NCBI GenBank assembly: GCA_965222375.1
Contig: CBDCTZ010000016.1
Coordinates: 864,001-928,000, forward strand
Direction of reading: 5' to 3'
Source of the DNA: Polyangiaceae bacterium
Lineage (GTDB): Bacteria; Myxococcota_A; Polyangia; Polyangiales; Polyangiaceae
Length of the DNA stretch: 64,000 bases
The position numbers and the translations under genes are program-made. A model generated the notes under the pieces. It was not told the origin of the DNA. It saw only the letters and a program-made list of their open reading frames with translations, and searched no databases. This document shows positions 26,438 to 36,752 of the stretch, piece after piece (within the stretch, counting starts at the first letter, position 1; each line of letters opens with the position of its first letter).

Positions 26438-27279
26438 TGGCGCTGCCGTACGAAGATCATATCGACAATGTTTCCGCCGACTACGGAACGGAGCACTTCA
26501 CCGCCGAAGAGTTCGGAACCTTCGACGATTTGGAGGAGCACCACTACTGGTTCCTGCATCGACGCCAGGTCATTCTCGAGGAGCTGATCCGAGCCGGGGT
26601 GCCTCGCAGTGCGCGGCTGGTGGATTTGGGATGCGGCATCGGAACTGTTGCGACCCATTTGAACCAGCGCGGGTTTTCCGTGGACTACTCGGATATCCAC
26701 GGTGAGGCCTTGGTTCGTGCGCGCGCCAACGCTGAGGAACTACTCGGCCCAAAGCTTTCTCAACGGCGCTTCATGCGATTCGATGTGCTGCGCAACCCCC
26801 TGCCGGCCGGCTACGATGGCGTGCTTATGCTCGACGTGCTTGAGCACCTGCCGGATGATCACTTGGCCCTGTGCAACGCGACCCAGGAGCTCCCTTGTGG
26901 AGGCCTGGTGATGTTCACGGTGCCTGCGTTCCAGCTGCTTTGGTCCCCTTGGGACGAACTGGCGAACCACAAGCGGCGTTACACGATGGCCAAAGCTCGC
27001 AAGTTGGCCGAGGGTGCAGGCTTGGTCGTGCAGCGAACGACGTGCTTCTTCTTTCCGCTCTTCTTCGCCGCCTTGGGTGTCAAGGCGCTGCGCAAGGCGA
27101 GGGAGCTGGTGAGCGGGCCGCCGCCCCAGGCAAAAAGCTTCGACGAACTCACCGAATCGAAGACCCATCCGTTGTTGAACAAAGCCATGCTCGCAGCGCT
27201 AGCCTTTGAGCACCCTCTCCGACGCTCTGCGGGATACGCTTTGGGCACCAGCGTGATGTGCGTGGCTCGCAGGCCCTGA
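26437..27279 (+). CDS. Class I SAM-dependent methyltransferase
   Basis: EEHHYWFLHRR, VDLGCGIG, LDVLEH, TVPAFQLLWS..DE...HKRRY; TGATG coupling to the upstream ORF. Confidence 0.9.
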   Translation: MALPYEDHIDNVSADYGTEHFTAEEFGTFDDLEEHHYWFLHRRQVILEELIRAGVPRSARLVDLGCGIGTVATHLNQRGFSVDYSDIHGEALVRARANAEELLGPKLSQRRFMRFDVLRNPLPAGYDGVLMLDVLEHLPDDHLALCNATQELPCGGLVMFTVPAFQLLWSPWDELANHKRRYTMAKARKLAEGAGLVVQRTTCFFFPLFFAALGVKALRKARELVSGPPPQAKSFDELTESKTHPLLNKAMLAALAFEHPLRRSAGYALGTSVMCVARRP

Positions 27280-27300
27280 GCCGTGCCAAGGGCCGGGCCC

Positions 27301-28917
27301 ATGAACGCTTCGGATCAAGGACAGACAGCATCTAGCCGGCTCGGCCAGGTGCGCGAGTTTGTAGCTCGCAGTAGCACGACAGAGATAGTCGCCTTCCTGG
27401 TCGGCTTGGGATTCATCCTCCGCTATTTGTGGCTCGCTGACGACTCGTTCATCTACTTCCGCTACGTGGACAACTGGGTCTTCCTGGGCCGTGGCTTGGT
27501 TTACAACCCGGGGGAATTCGTCGAAGGGTTCACGAGCCCGGCCTGGGTGCTGTCGCTCGCGCTACTGCGGGTCACGCGCCTCGACTTCTTTTCGATTGTC
27601 GGCACGATCGGTGTGGCAAGCTACGTCGGGGCGTTCGTGCTTTGGTCCCGCGTCGATCGCAAACTTGCCGGCCCTTTGCGTTTCGGCACGCCCCTGCTGC
27701 TGCTCGCTCCCTGCTACGGCGTCTGCCAGTACTTCTCTTCAGGCCTGGAGACGCCCCTCGTGCTGGTTGCCGGCACCGTGACCGTATGCTTCATCCTCGA
27801 TCGCACTAGCCACACTTGGGGGATCCTTGTCGGTCTTTTGCCGATCGTTCGTCACGAGCTGGCGGTGCCCCTTTTGCTGGTGCTGGTTTGGACTGCAGCG
27901 CGGGAGCGCAGGATCCCCTGGTGGCCCGTAGCTTCAGCCGCACTTAGCCTGGGGGGCTGGGCCTGTTTCCGCATCTACTACTTCGCGGAGCTTCTCCCCA
28001 ACACTTTCTACCTCAAGGACGAAAGCAACCCCACCCAAGGCTGGCTGTACCTCAAGAACTGCTTCGCGCCCTATCCCCTCGCCTATGTGGCAGCGGCGAG
28101 CCTCGTGCTGTTGACGATTGCCGGCATTCGGCGGCGCGCGGCTGCGCACAGCGAAGCGCGATTGGTCATGTTGGCCACGGCATTGGTGAGCTTGGCCTAC
28201 GTGGTGCGAGTGGGTGGCGACATGTTGCATTTTCGATTCGTGCTTTTTCCCGCAGTGCTCATCGCCATGGCTTCCTCGGGCGTACTCGAGAGTGCTCTAG
28301 CTCAGGTGGGTGTTGCCCCTGGGCGGGGTATCAGATCTCTTGTCATGGTCGGACTTCTGGTTGCTGGCGGCGCGACCTATCCCCCTCAACTGAACCTTCA
28401 CCCGGCGACCAAGGAGGAGAAGATGCTGAAGGTCGACGGAATCGAGGACTCGTCTTGGCACCGACACCAGCCGGATACCTCCTTTCGCGAAGGTCGCCCG
28501 ACCCAGGACGTTGCTCAGCGTGCCGCCTACGCCCAGTCGCCTGCCACGAACCCAGTCGCTCAAGGAATCATCCTGCACGGTTGGTGCGCCAAGCTGTATC
28601 GAAATTGGCGCAGTTATGCGCTTCATGATTGGGGGCTGACGGACCCCTGGCTCGCCCGTCTGGACATCCCCGCCGATCGCCCTGGTCACAAGTACCGCCT
28701 CAATAGGGTCTACGGGCCGCAGCTGGCTCGAGCCCGGCGCAACAAACCTCCGGTGCTCGGTGATTTGAGGCGCGCCGTCGAAGGAGGCTACGCGCCGCCC
28801 TTCATCGCGAAGAACCTCGAGGCCGCGGAGTTGATCGAAAGAAAGGTCTACAACCGCCACTCCTTGAGGGAAAATGTCGGGCTTGCGTTTACCTTCGTGC
28901 CGAAGCTGCAGCCGTGA
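27301..28917 (+). CDS. GT-C membrane glycosyltransferase (AftB-like)
   Basis: DDSFIYFRYVDN...GLVYNPGEFVEGFTSP, SGLETPL, PNTFYLK, GLTD...PGHK motifs. Confidence 0.82.
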   Translation: MNASDQGQTASSRLGQVREFVARSSTTEIVAFLVGLGFILRYLWLADDSFIYFRYVDNWVFLGRGLVYNPGEFVEGFTSPAWVLSLALLRVTRLDFFSIVGTIGVASYVGAFVLWSRVDRKLAGPLRFGTPLLLLAPCYGVCQYFSSGLETPLVLVAGTVTVCFILDRTSHTWGILVGLLPIVRHELAVPLLLVLVWTAARERRIPWWPVASAALSLGGWACFRIYYFAELLPNTFYLKDESNPTQGWLYLKNCFAPYPLAYVAAASLVLLTIAGIRRRAAAHSEARLVMLATALVSLAYVVRVGGDMLHFRFVLFPAVLIAMASSGVLESALAQVGVAPGRGIRSLVMVGLLVAGGATYPPQLNLHPATKEEKMLKVDGIEDSSWHRHQPDTSFREGRPTQDVAQRAAYAQSPATNPVAQGIILHGWCAKLYRNWRSYALHDWGLTDPWLARLDIPADRPGHKYRLNRVYGPQLARARRNKPPVLGDLRRAVEGGYAPPFIAKNLEAAELIERKVYNRHSLRENVGLAFTFVPKLQP

Positions 28918-28944
28918 CTTCGCCGAGCCCCGGGCTTCCAAGGG

Positions 28945-29577
28945 CTAGGCGGGCGGCGGCTCGAATCCGAGAGTCCGGCATGCGGCGTCACAGATGTGTG
29001 TGCGCACGGCCTTCCGCGCGGCGTCGGGGTCCGCAATGCCGACTAGGGCGACGAGCTCCTCATCGGAGAGAACCGCGTAGCGCGCGATCGCGTAGTTGAA
29101 GGTCAGGGTGGCAAGCCGCATTTGGAGTGGCTCGACGTTCAGTGCCTGCCCCAAGGTTGTTGCTGCCAACTCGAGGTTGGGCAGCACGTGATCTGCGAGC
29201 CGGGTCGGGTGGTATTTCTGTTTCTCCCCCAGGCTCGCCGCGCGCAGTTGCAGAAACATTCTGTCGGCAAAGGCAATGTCGACGAGGCGGCCCACCTGAT
29301 CATGGATGAGTGCCGCATCGACGTCACCACTAGTCGCCGCGGCGTGGAAGGCCATGATTCCACCAGTGATGTGTTGAGCGTGAACGTCCAGGCAGGCTTC
29401 GACCAGCTCGAGCCTATTGGAAAAGTAGTAGGTCAGCGTTCCCATGCTGAGCCCGCTCTCTTTTGCAACTCTGCGCAGGGTGACGTCATTCGGCCCGTGT
29501 TCGGTCAAAACGCCAATGGCGCTTTGCACGATGTCCGTATAGGTTTTTGCCGGATCGCTGTTCTTGGGTCGAGGCAT
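28945..29577 (-). CDS. TetR/AcrR family transcriptional regulator
   Basis: MPRPK...TLRRVAKESGLSMGTLTYYFSNRLEL helix-turn-helix. Confidence 0.92.
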   Translation of the reverse strand: MPRPKNSDPAKTYTDIVQSAIGVLTEHGPNDVTLRRVAKESGLSMGTLTYYFSNRLELVEACLDVHAQHITGGIMAFHAAATSGDVDAALIHDQVGRLVDIAFADRMFLQLRAASLGEKQKYHPTRLADHVLPNLELAATTLGQALNVEPLQMRLATLTFNYAIARYAVLSDEELVALVGIADPDAARKAVRTHICDAACRTLGFEPPPA

Positions 29578-29694
29578 GGCAGCCGCTAGGTGGCAACGAG
29601 CGACATGCATGTTCGCACTATCCGGGCTCGCCGTCCCGTGTTGGGTGGTTCCAGCGGCTAGCGCCAGCCGTTGCCGCGGGACACAGTCAGAGCT

Positions 29695-29840
29695 ATGTAG
29701 GTTTCACGAAGGGTTTTTTGGGGTATGCGCTCGTGGTCGGCGGCGGTGCGAGCTTGCTGACGGTGGGTTCCGGTTGCGGGCGCGACGATGACAGTGGTGG
29801 CGGTGGCAGCTCCGCCAAGAGTCCGGGGCCGGAAGCGTGA
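29695..29840 (+). pseudogene. Remnant of a Tat-exported lipoprotein gene divergent from the TetR gene
   Basis: ATG TAG GTT TCA CGA AGG; restoring one G gives M*VSRRGFLGYALVVGGGASLLTVGSGCGRDDDSGGGG (twin-Arg signal, lipobox, Gly linker). Confidence 0.55.
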
Positions 29841-30262
29841 GCGTGACGTTGTCGACGGATTCCGGTCACAGTCATCCGGTGACTGTCACCTGCCGCTGAG
29901 TCGAGGATCCCGACTCACTACTGAGTCCGGGTCCTCTCGTAGTGCGCCTCAGGCCGTCTTCCAATGGCGTGTGCGCATTGAAGCGACGTCTCGGATGTCG
30001 TTCCATCAACGGTAGAAGAAGCATTGCTTCCCATACACACAAGCTTCAAGTACCGCGCTCGACAACGCTCGGGCGGGGCAAGACGCTAGAGCTAGCGTTG
30101 GCGGCTTCGTCCACCAGGCCACGAGCTCGCGGCGCAACGTCACGTTCCACCGAGCACGCTGGCTGGGCATCCAATTGGTGGTTGCAGCTATGGGTTCTTC
30201 CTGGTGGTCGAAGGTCCGGCGATGATGTACCCTCGCGAGTCCGAGATTTGGCTGGAGAGACT

Positions 30263-31291
30263 ATGCAGCGAGAGCAGCTCAAACACCTTGTATGCCCTGA
30301 TTCGAAGCAGAGCCTAACGCTCAGCGTGGACCAGGAGTTGGACGGAGAAGTAGTCACTGGGACCCTTTCGACGGCTGACTCGAGCTACCCAATTCGCGAG
30401 GGCATCCCGAGTTTCGTTTCGGGAGATGTGAGTGAAGATCAAACTGTCAAGTCCTTCGCGCAGAAGTGGGGCAAGCATTCGTACTACCGAAAGCACACCG
30501 CCGGTTTTTATCTCGAGTGGTTCTTGTCTCGGTATGGCTTCGGTGACACTGCGGGCTTCAGCAAGTTTCTCTCTAGTTGCGAATTTGTTCTGGATGCAGG
30601 AACGGGTTCGGGTCGCGACGCTACCTTCTTTGCGGAGCAGGGAGCACGAACCGTATTCGCCGTCGATACCGCGTTCCCGGCGCTGTCAAATGCCAAAAAG
30701 GACCCGGAGTGCGGCCGAGTGAACTTCGTGCACGCGGACATCAATCGGTTACCGTTTCCGGACGGGTTCTTCAACTTCATTAGCTGTGATCAGGTGATTC
30801 ATCACACGCCAGACCCGCCAGCAACGTTCCGGAATCTGACTGGAAAGCTGCAGTCAGGGGGTCAGGTATGCTGCTACGTCTACAAGAAGAAGGCTGTCGT
30901 TCGGGAATTCACGGACGACTACGTACGCGAGCGCATTAGCCATCTCGACATCGATGAAGCGCTCAAGGTCTGCGAAGCCATCACGCGACTGGGCAAGACC
31001 TTGTCGGATCTGAAAACGACTATCAACGTTGAGGAAGACATTCCGGTCCTAGGCATTAGGAAGGGTGAAATAGACATCCAACGCTTCTTCCATTGGAACG
31101 TGATGAAGTGCTTTTGGAATGACGACTTCGACTTCTTCACCAACAACATCGTGAATTTCGATTGGTATCATCCGCTTTATTGCTTTCGCTATGAGCCAGA
31201 AGAGTTTCGCAAATGGTTCAACGAGGGGTGGCACGTGGAAGCGTGGGATGTCCAAGACGCCGGCATTAGTTGTCGTGCCAAGAAGCTCTAA
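30263..31291 (+). CDS. Trm112-like domain fused to class I SAM methyltransferase
   Basis: LVCP...YPIREGIP N-terminus; VLDAGTGSG, ADINRLPF, VIHHTPDP; GGAG RBS before ATG 30263. Confidence 0.88.
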   Translation: MQREQLKHLVCPDSKQSLTLSVDQELDGEVVTGTLSTADSSYPIREGIPSFVSGDVSEDQTVKSFAQKWGKHSYYRKHTAGFYLEWFLSRYGFGDTAGFSKFLSSCEFVLDAGTGSGRDATFFAEQGARTVFAVDTAFPALSNAKKDPECGRVNFVHADINRLPFPDGFFNFISCDQVIHHTPDPPATFRNLTGKLQSGGQVCCYVYKKKAVVREFTDDYVRERISHLDIDEALKVCEAITRLGKTLSDLKTTINVEEDIPVLGIRKGEIDIQRFFHWNVMKCFWNDDFDFFTNNIVNFDWYHPLYCFRYEPEEFRKWFNEGWHVEAWDVQDAGISCRAKKL

Positions 31292-31294
31292 GCC

Positions 31295-32944
31295 ATGTGC
31301 GGCATTCTGGGCGGACTGAACGCGGAGTTCACTCAAGAAAGCTTGAAGCGCCTGGACCATCGCGGTCCGGACCAAGCGAGTTTAGTTACTGAGTCAGTTG
31401 GTTCGGTCGGCACTGTTACTCTGGGCCAGACGCGGCTAAACATCGTTGACCGGCACGACATCGAGCTTCCAGTGCGTTCTGGTGGCGCCTCGATTCTGTT
31501 CAACGGGGAGATATACAATCACCCCGAGCTTAAGCTGGAACTCGAGGGGTTGGGTTGGACGTTTCGCACGAAGACCGACACCGAAGTGGTGCTGTTGGCC
31601 TACCTGCAGTGGGGGCCCGCCTGTTTGGAGAAATTCAACGGCATGTTCGCCATCGCAATCTGGGACGGCGAGCGTTTCTTCTGTGCCAGAGACCGGATGG
31701 GAAAGAAGCCCTTTTTCTATCGGGTTCAGGCTGGCTCGTTCGAGTTCGCTTCGGAAGTCAAGGCATTCTCGAATCTTGAGTTTGTGTCGCAGGAGCTGTT
31801 TGACCTGTTCGAGTTCTGCGTCAACGAACACACGCTGTATCGCAACATCTTCGCTCTCCGGCCGGGTCACTACCTGGTCTACACACCGAGCAAGGGCACC
31901 TACTACACCCGCGCGTTCTGGGACATCGAGCACCGAGTCGACCGCCACATTGTCGACGAAAAGAAGGCGGTCGATGCGTTTATCGACTTATTGGAGGACT
32001 CAGTTCGCCTGAGGCTCCGTGCCGATGTGCCTGTGACCCTCTTCATGTCCGGTGGGCTTGACTCTGCGCTGATTGCCAAGTTGTCCGGAGTCAAGGAAGC
32101 GTTTTCCTGCCAGTTCGCTGAGTTCAAGGAAACAATCGACGAAGAGAAGTACGCCCGAGATCTGGCACATCGCTTGGGAATCGAGCTGCATGTGATCACC
32201 CCCACTCGGGAGGACTTTCTGCATGACTTGCCGGCGCTGGCCTATCACCTCGAGATGCCGACGGGGTCGTTCAGCGTGTTTCCGCTGTATCGCCTCGCGA
32301 AGGCGTGCCACGAGGCGAAGTACAAAGTGATTCTCTCGGGGGAAGGCTCCGACGAGCTGCTCGCCGGCTACGCGCGCACCGAGTTCTTGCTCGACGCTTC
32401 TCACAGCCGAGACGATCTGAAAAGCCGGCAATACTCCTCCATGCTGAAGCGTTTTCACGGTAGCGATCTCGACCGGTTTTGCCGCATGGCGTCCCGCTCG
32501 GGCCTCCGTGGTGCCGCGCAGTTGCAAATGTTCTTGCGGAACTACTGGAGTACACAAAAGTCTGCACTCGAGAACATCAGTTACATCGAGACGCGACTCT
32601 TTCTCCAGCCTCTTCTGCAGATGGGTGACCGGATGTGCATGGCACACAGTATCGAGAACCGTTGTCCGTTCCTCGATCACCGCCTCGTTGAGTTTGCGTT
32701 TTCATTGGACGATTCGATCCGTTGCCGAGATGGTGTCGGTAAGTGGATCGTACACAAGGCGGCGGAACGGCTTCTCCCCAAGGGTTCGCTTCTGTTCACG
32801 CGTGGGGTCAAGCACGGTCTACCGACCCCCTTCAATCTATGGATGCAAGGGCGGCATAGCTTTGACCGTAAGTACTGGAACTCGCTGATGACGGCAGAGT
32901 GCATGAAGACACTTCACGGCTTGAACGGGACGAGTTCAGTCTAG
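31295..32944 (+). CDS. asnB: Asparagine synthase (glutamine-hydrolysing)-like amidotransferase
   Basis: MCGI Ntn start, HRGPD, FNGEIYN, RDRMGKKP, SGGLDS, SGEGSDE, R.PFLDH. Confidence 0.95.
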   Translation: MCGILGGLNAEFTQESLKRLDHRGPDQASLVTESVGSVGTVTLGQTRLNIVDRHDIELPVRSGGASILFNGEIYNHPELKLELEGLGWTFRTKTDTEVVLLAYLQWGPACLEKFNGMFAIAIWDGERFFCARDRMGKKPFFYRVQAGSFEFASEVKAFSNLEFVSQELFDLFEFCVNEHTLYRNIFALRPGHYLVYTPSKGTYYTRAFWDIEHRVDRHIVDEKKAVDAFIDLLEDSVRLRLRADVPVTLFMSGGLDSALIAKLSGVKEAFSCQFAEFKETIDEEKYARDLAHRLGIELHVITPTREDFLHDLPALAYHLEMPTGSFSVFPLYRLAKACHEAKYKVILSGEGSDELLAGYARTEFLLDASHSRDDLKSRQYSSMLKRFHGSDLDRFCRMASRSGLRGAAQLQMFLRNYWSTQKSALENISYIETRLFLQPLLQMGDRMCMAHSIENRCPFLDHRLVEFAFSLDDSIRCRDGVGKWIVHKAAERLLPKGSLLFTRGVKHGLPTPFNLWMQGRHSFDRKYWNSLMTAECMKTLHGLNGTSSV

Positions 32945-34614
32945 TGCGACGGCACTGCTGGGTTCCGTCGGTACAGGTACCAGCCGTCGGAGTCCGCGAC
33001 AAATTCAATCGCTGGATCGTTTAGCAGTGGAGACCGTGGACGAACTCTGGAGCGGACGAGGTACCAGTCAAACCAACCTTTGCTAGCGTGAAATAATACG
33101 TGGTTCCACTCCCAACCTCGCTCGAACGGCGGTGGCACGCTGTCGCTGCCAGCTCGGTAACGGATGGGGTACAGGCCCCAGCCGGCGAAATGGAACTGCA
33201 ACCATCCGCCCCGCTCCGCTTGCACCCAAGCGGGCAGGTGTATGAAGGGTGAATCCTTCTTGTTCGAACCACTCTCGTCCATGACCAGGTAATAGAGTTT
33301 GGGCGCCGGCGGGATGCGTTGCGCGAGTGCGGCAAACCCGCGAGTGGGTGCATTGAAAGAATCCCACTGCTTGGCGACGAAGTAGGTCATCCGGCCCGTC
33401 ACGAGCCCAATGATGGCCAACACCATCATCGAGGCCCACCAACGCTTCGGAAAATCGGGCATCAGCGCCAAGGCAAAGAGAGCAGCCACCACTAGCTCCC
33501 GAGGATATACGTGCCACCACTCGCCCATCCGCATGGGTAGCACGACGAAGGCGCACACGTGGGCGATGGATAGACCCAGTGCCACGAGAGCAACCCGGCG
33601 CCGCCAGGCACGTCGAGGATCTTCTGAATGGCGCCGCTGGCGCAGGAACGCCCACCCAGTCGCAAAGAGCGCGAGCAAGGCGAAGCCGACTAACATCTGG
33701 CGAGCGAGGGCCAACTCGCGCACTCCTTCTGGACCCGAATACCCCGCGAAGATTCTCGAAAGCGTCAACTCTGCAAGTCGACTCCAGTGGACACCGAGGG
33801 CATTCAGGTCCGCGTGCAGAGCGGGCGGCCGCACCCACCACCAGATCGCGAAGAGCACCACCGCAACGCCAACCGGCACCGCAACAGGCTTTGCGCGGCG
33901 CGTGATCGGCCACATGATGACCGTCGTGCCGACCACGGCCAAAACGGCAAAGGGCAGGCGATAGAGATGCGTGAAGAAGACGGCGACCAGGCAAGCGGTC
34001 AGCGCGAGAGTGCGCTTTCGGGTCGGCTGGTCGACTAGCAACAGCGTGCATCCGACCGCCGCGGCATACAGTCCGAGGGCGCCAACGAAGTTCAACCAAC
34101 CCCAATGGGTAAGGTTGGTCCATGCAAGCCCCAACCCGAGCAATCCCCATATGGGGTTCTTTTTCATGCCGTGGAACAGCACAGCCAGGCCCGCAGGGAG
34201 CAGGCTGAGCATGACGATGGCAACCAGCTTCATTGCCCAAGTGATCGGCATTGCGAACGAGAGAACTGCCCCAAGCAGATAGGTCGTGACGTACGGTGCC
34301 TCGATCGGATGAAGCGTGAACTGCTCGCGAAAGTGATAGTCCGAATCGAAGTAGTGGCGGACGATCGATGTCATCGAAGCATGCATGGGCAAGTCCGTCA
34401 TCGGCGGGTAACGAACGAGTAGAAACGGGTAGACGACCACGTAGGCACAGACCGCAACCACGCTGACAGTGAGCACCAACCTGGCCGTCGACAAGCCAAG
34501 CACGCGCTCAGCCTCCATCCACGAATGCCAGCGCTGCAGGATTGTCCGCCTCGTGTCGCCAGCCGCTTCGCCAACGCGTTCGCCCTTCCGGTCGCGGCTC
34601 GAGCGAAACATCAT
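32941..34614 (-). CDS. Polytopic membrane protein, putative GT-C (P..D.P.H family)
   Basis: YPPMTDLPMH, PYVTTY, HWGWLNF, C-terminal YLVR; about 10 TM helices. Confidence 0.7.
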   Translation of the reverse strand: MMFRSSRDRKGERVGEAAGDTRRTILQRWHSWMEAERVLGLSTARLVLTVSVVAVCAYVVVYPFLLVRYPPMTDLPMHASMTSIVRHYFDSDYHFREQFTLHPIEAPYVTTYLLGAVLSFAMPITWAMKLVAIVMLSLLPAGLAVLFHGMKKNPIWGLLGLGLAWTNLTHWGWLNFVGALGLYAAAVGCTLLLVDQPTRKRTLALTACLVAVFFTHLYRLPFAVLAVVGTTVIMWPITRRAKPVAVPVGVAVVLFAIWWWVRPPALHADLNALGVHWSRLAELTLSRIFAGYSGPEGVRELALARQMLVGFALLALFATGWAFLRQRRHSEDPRRAWRRRVALVALGLSIAHVCAFVVLPMRMGEWWHVYPRELVVAALFALALMPDFPKRWWASMMVLAIIGLVTGRMTYFVAKQWDSFNAPTRGFAALAQRIPPAPKLYYLVMDESGSNKKDSPFIHLPAWVQAERGGWLQFHFAGWGLYPIRYRAGSDSVPPPFERGWEWNHVLFHASKGWFDWYLVRSRVRPRSPLLNDPAIEFVADSDGWYLYRRNPAVPSH

Positions 34615-34899
34615 CGGAGTATAGGAGGGCTTGACTGAACGGCGTCAATCATTCTTGCGGTCGGGCGTCGACCTTGCAGCTCGTCGCGGCACCGAGCATG
34701 GCGAATGGCTGGGCGCAGCAGAGCGCGTTAGCACGATCCGCTCCGGAACCACCCGTAGTGTGGCGGAGGTCACCGACGGCTGGACGTCTGCAAAAGTAGT
34801 TGCCGCCGGACTGCCGTAGTTGATTGGCGCCCATCAGGCTCGACGGTGGATAGAAAACCGCGTGTGTGCGAAGAAGCGCGTGAATGTATACTCCCGCCG

Positions 34900-36387
34900 A
34901 TGACGCAGACGGGCAAGCGGGTCGCGGCGCAGATTCACGAACACCGTCGTGGGATACTCTTCACCCTGATCGCGATTCTCGCAGCGGCGCCCGGGTGGAT
35001 CGTCGCAAAGCCACCACTCGTGGATCTTCCGTACCACGCGGCCACCATCCGCATCCTTCACAGTTGGAGTGATCCTGCGATGGGCATGGCGGAGCACTAT
35101 CAAATCGCGTGGTCACAAACTCAGTTCAGCGGCTATTACTTGCTCGGTAGCCTTGTGTCCTACGTGGTGGGTGTGGCCAATGCCAACGTCGTCCTCATGA
35201 TTGCCTATTTCGCCGGCACCATGTTGGCGCTTCGCTGTCTGCTGCGCGCCCGGGGTGCGGACGAACGTCTGTGCTTGTTTGTCATCCCGATCTTGACCAA
35301 TGCGCTGTTCATGCGGGGTTTGCTCCCATTTCTGCTGGGAATCCCCCTTGCGCTTTGGGCACTTGCTTTTGCGATACGGCATTTTCGATCACCGAGTGTC
35401 AAGGACGGCATCGGCCTATGGGCAACGTCGTTGCTGTCGGTCTTCATTCACCCCATTCCGTTCTTCGTCATCGCTCTCGGGGCGGTATTCCTATTCCCTT
35501 TCCGTTCTCCCAAGGTATGGGCACGCGCTGCCATACCCCTAGTGCCGAGCGCGTTCCTCGGTGTTGGGTGGTTGCGCTCGCCGCGTTCGCGCTTCGACGC
35601 AGTCGGCGCCCTCGCCGAAAGTGGTCAGCGGCCGATCGGAAAGAGCCTGGGTGAACTCAACAAATGGTTCCTCGATATCTTCCGTGACGATACGGATGAG
35701 TCCACGTTGACTGCATGGCTCGTGTTGATGACGTTGACGCTGCTTTTGGGGAGGAAGCTTGCACTCCGCATGGCGTTGTTGCCCTTGAGTTGTGCAATTC
35801 TCTACTTCTACCTTCCAGATGGACACGGTTTCGTTTGGCCTCTCTCCCAGCGCTTTGCTTTGCTCGCAGCGCTGCTTATCATTCCCGCAATGTCGATGCC
35901 CAAGCGCGGGATCGGCGTCGCGCTCACGGGTGGGATGCTCGGGGTTGGCATCTACGCAACCGCCAATGTAACGTCGCGCTTCGCCAGCTTTCAGAGGACC
36001 GAGATACGTGCTCTCGACACTGCGTTGGCTGGCATGGAACCGGGCCGCAAGGTCTGTGCCCTCATCTACGCTCGCTTTTCTTCGTTCACGCGGACGCCCG
36101 TGTTTCTACACTTTGGGTCCTACTATCAGCTGCATAAAGGGGGCCTCGTTCAGTTCAGCTTCGTCGGATATCCTCACTGGCCGGTTCAGTATCGACCGGG
36201 AAAGTTCCCGCCTCCCGGCACGCCCGCACGCTCGCGCTGGGAATGGACGCCTCATGAGATAAGGATGCAAGAGATCCACCCCTACTATGACTACGTACTC
36301 ACGCGCGGTCCGGGATTCTCAGCGCCTGGCGGGGAGTACCGAGTCCAGAATTCCAGCGGCGCGTGGAAGGTGTGGAAGCGCAACTAG
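34900..36387 (+). CDS. Polytopic membrane protein, putative GT-C (P..D.P.H family)
   Basis: PPLVDLPYH, GLLPFLLG, YYQLHKGG, YDYVLTR. Confidence 0.7.
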   Translation: MTQTGKRVAAQIHEHRRGILFTLIAILAAAPGWIVAKPPLVDLPYHAATIRILHSWSDPAMGMAEHYQIAWSQTQFSGYYLLGSLVSYVVGVANANVVLMIAYFAGTMLALRCLLRARGADERLCLFVIPILTNALFMRGLLPFLLGIPLALWALAFAIRHFRSPSVKDGIGLWATSLLSVFIHPIPFFVIALGAVFLFPFRSPKVWARAAIPLVPSAFLGVGWLRSPRSRFDAVGALAESGQRPIGKSLGELNKWFLDIFRDDTDESTLTAWLVLMTLTLLLGRKLALRMALLPLSCAILYFYLPDGHGFVWPLSQRFALLAALLIIPAMSMPKRGIGVALTGGMLGVGIYATANVTSRFASFQRTEIRALDTALAGMEPGRKVCALIYARFSSFTRTPVFLHFGSYYQLHKGGLVQFSFVGYPHWPVQYRPGKFPPPGTPARSRWEWTPHEIRMQEIHPYYDYVLTRGPGFSAPGGEYRVQNSSGAWKVWKRN

Positions 36388-36560
36388 GTCACCCTCATGT
36401 GCAAAGTGCCCGACGTCCCAAGCAGCGGATTCTACTCGTGGCTCAGGCGACGGAAGGCGCAACACGCCATCGAAGATGAACGGCTCGCGATGGAAGCCGC
36501 CGCCCTCTAACAGGGGAGTCGCGCCACGTCCGCTGTCCACGCGTCCGAGCGAAGCACGAG
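36388..36560 (+). mobile_element. IS3-family transposase (OrfB N-terminus) remnant
   Basis: VTLMCKVPDVPSSGFYSWLRRRKAQHAIEDERLAMEAAAL*QGSRAT..VHA matches the IS3 pattern MC.VL.VS.SGYY.W... Confidence 0.7.
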
Positions 36561-36752
36561 TCACAGGAATTGCGTGCATCGCCTTCGTGCCTCGCGACCG
36601 CTGAACGTGTGTGCCCCGCACCACTCAGGCTGCTTCGGAGCTCCGAATCGTACGTGGTACCAGTCGAACAGGACTCGCCGTTTCACAAATTGCGATCCGA
36701 GAGCACGCTGGAGCGCGCGATGCGCTATGGTTCAGCCCCTCGGATCTTCGCC

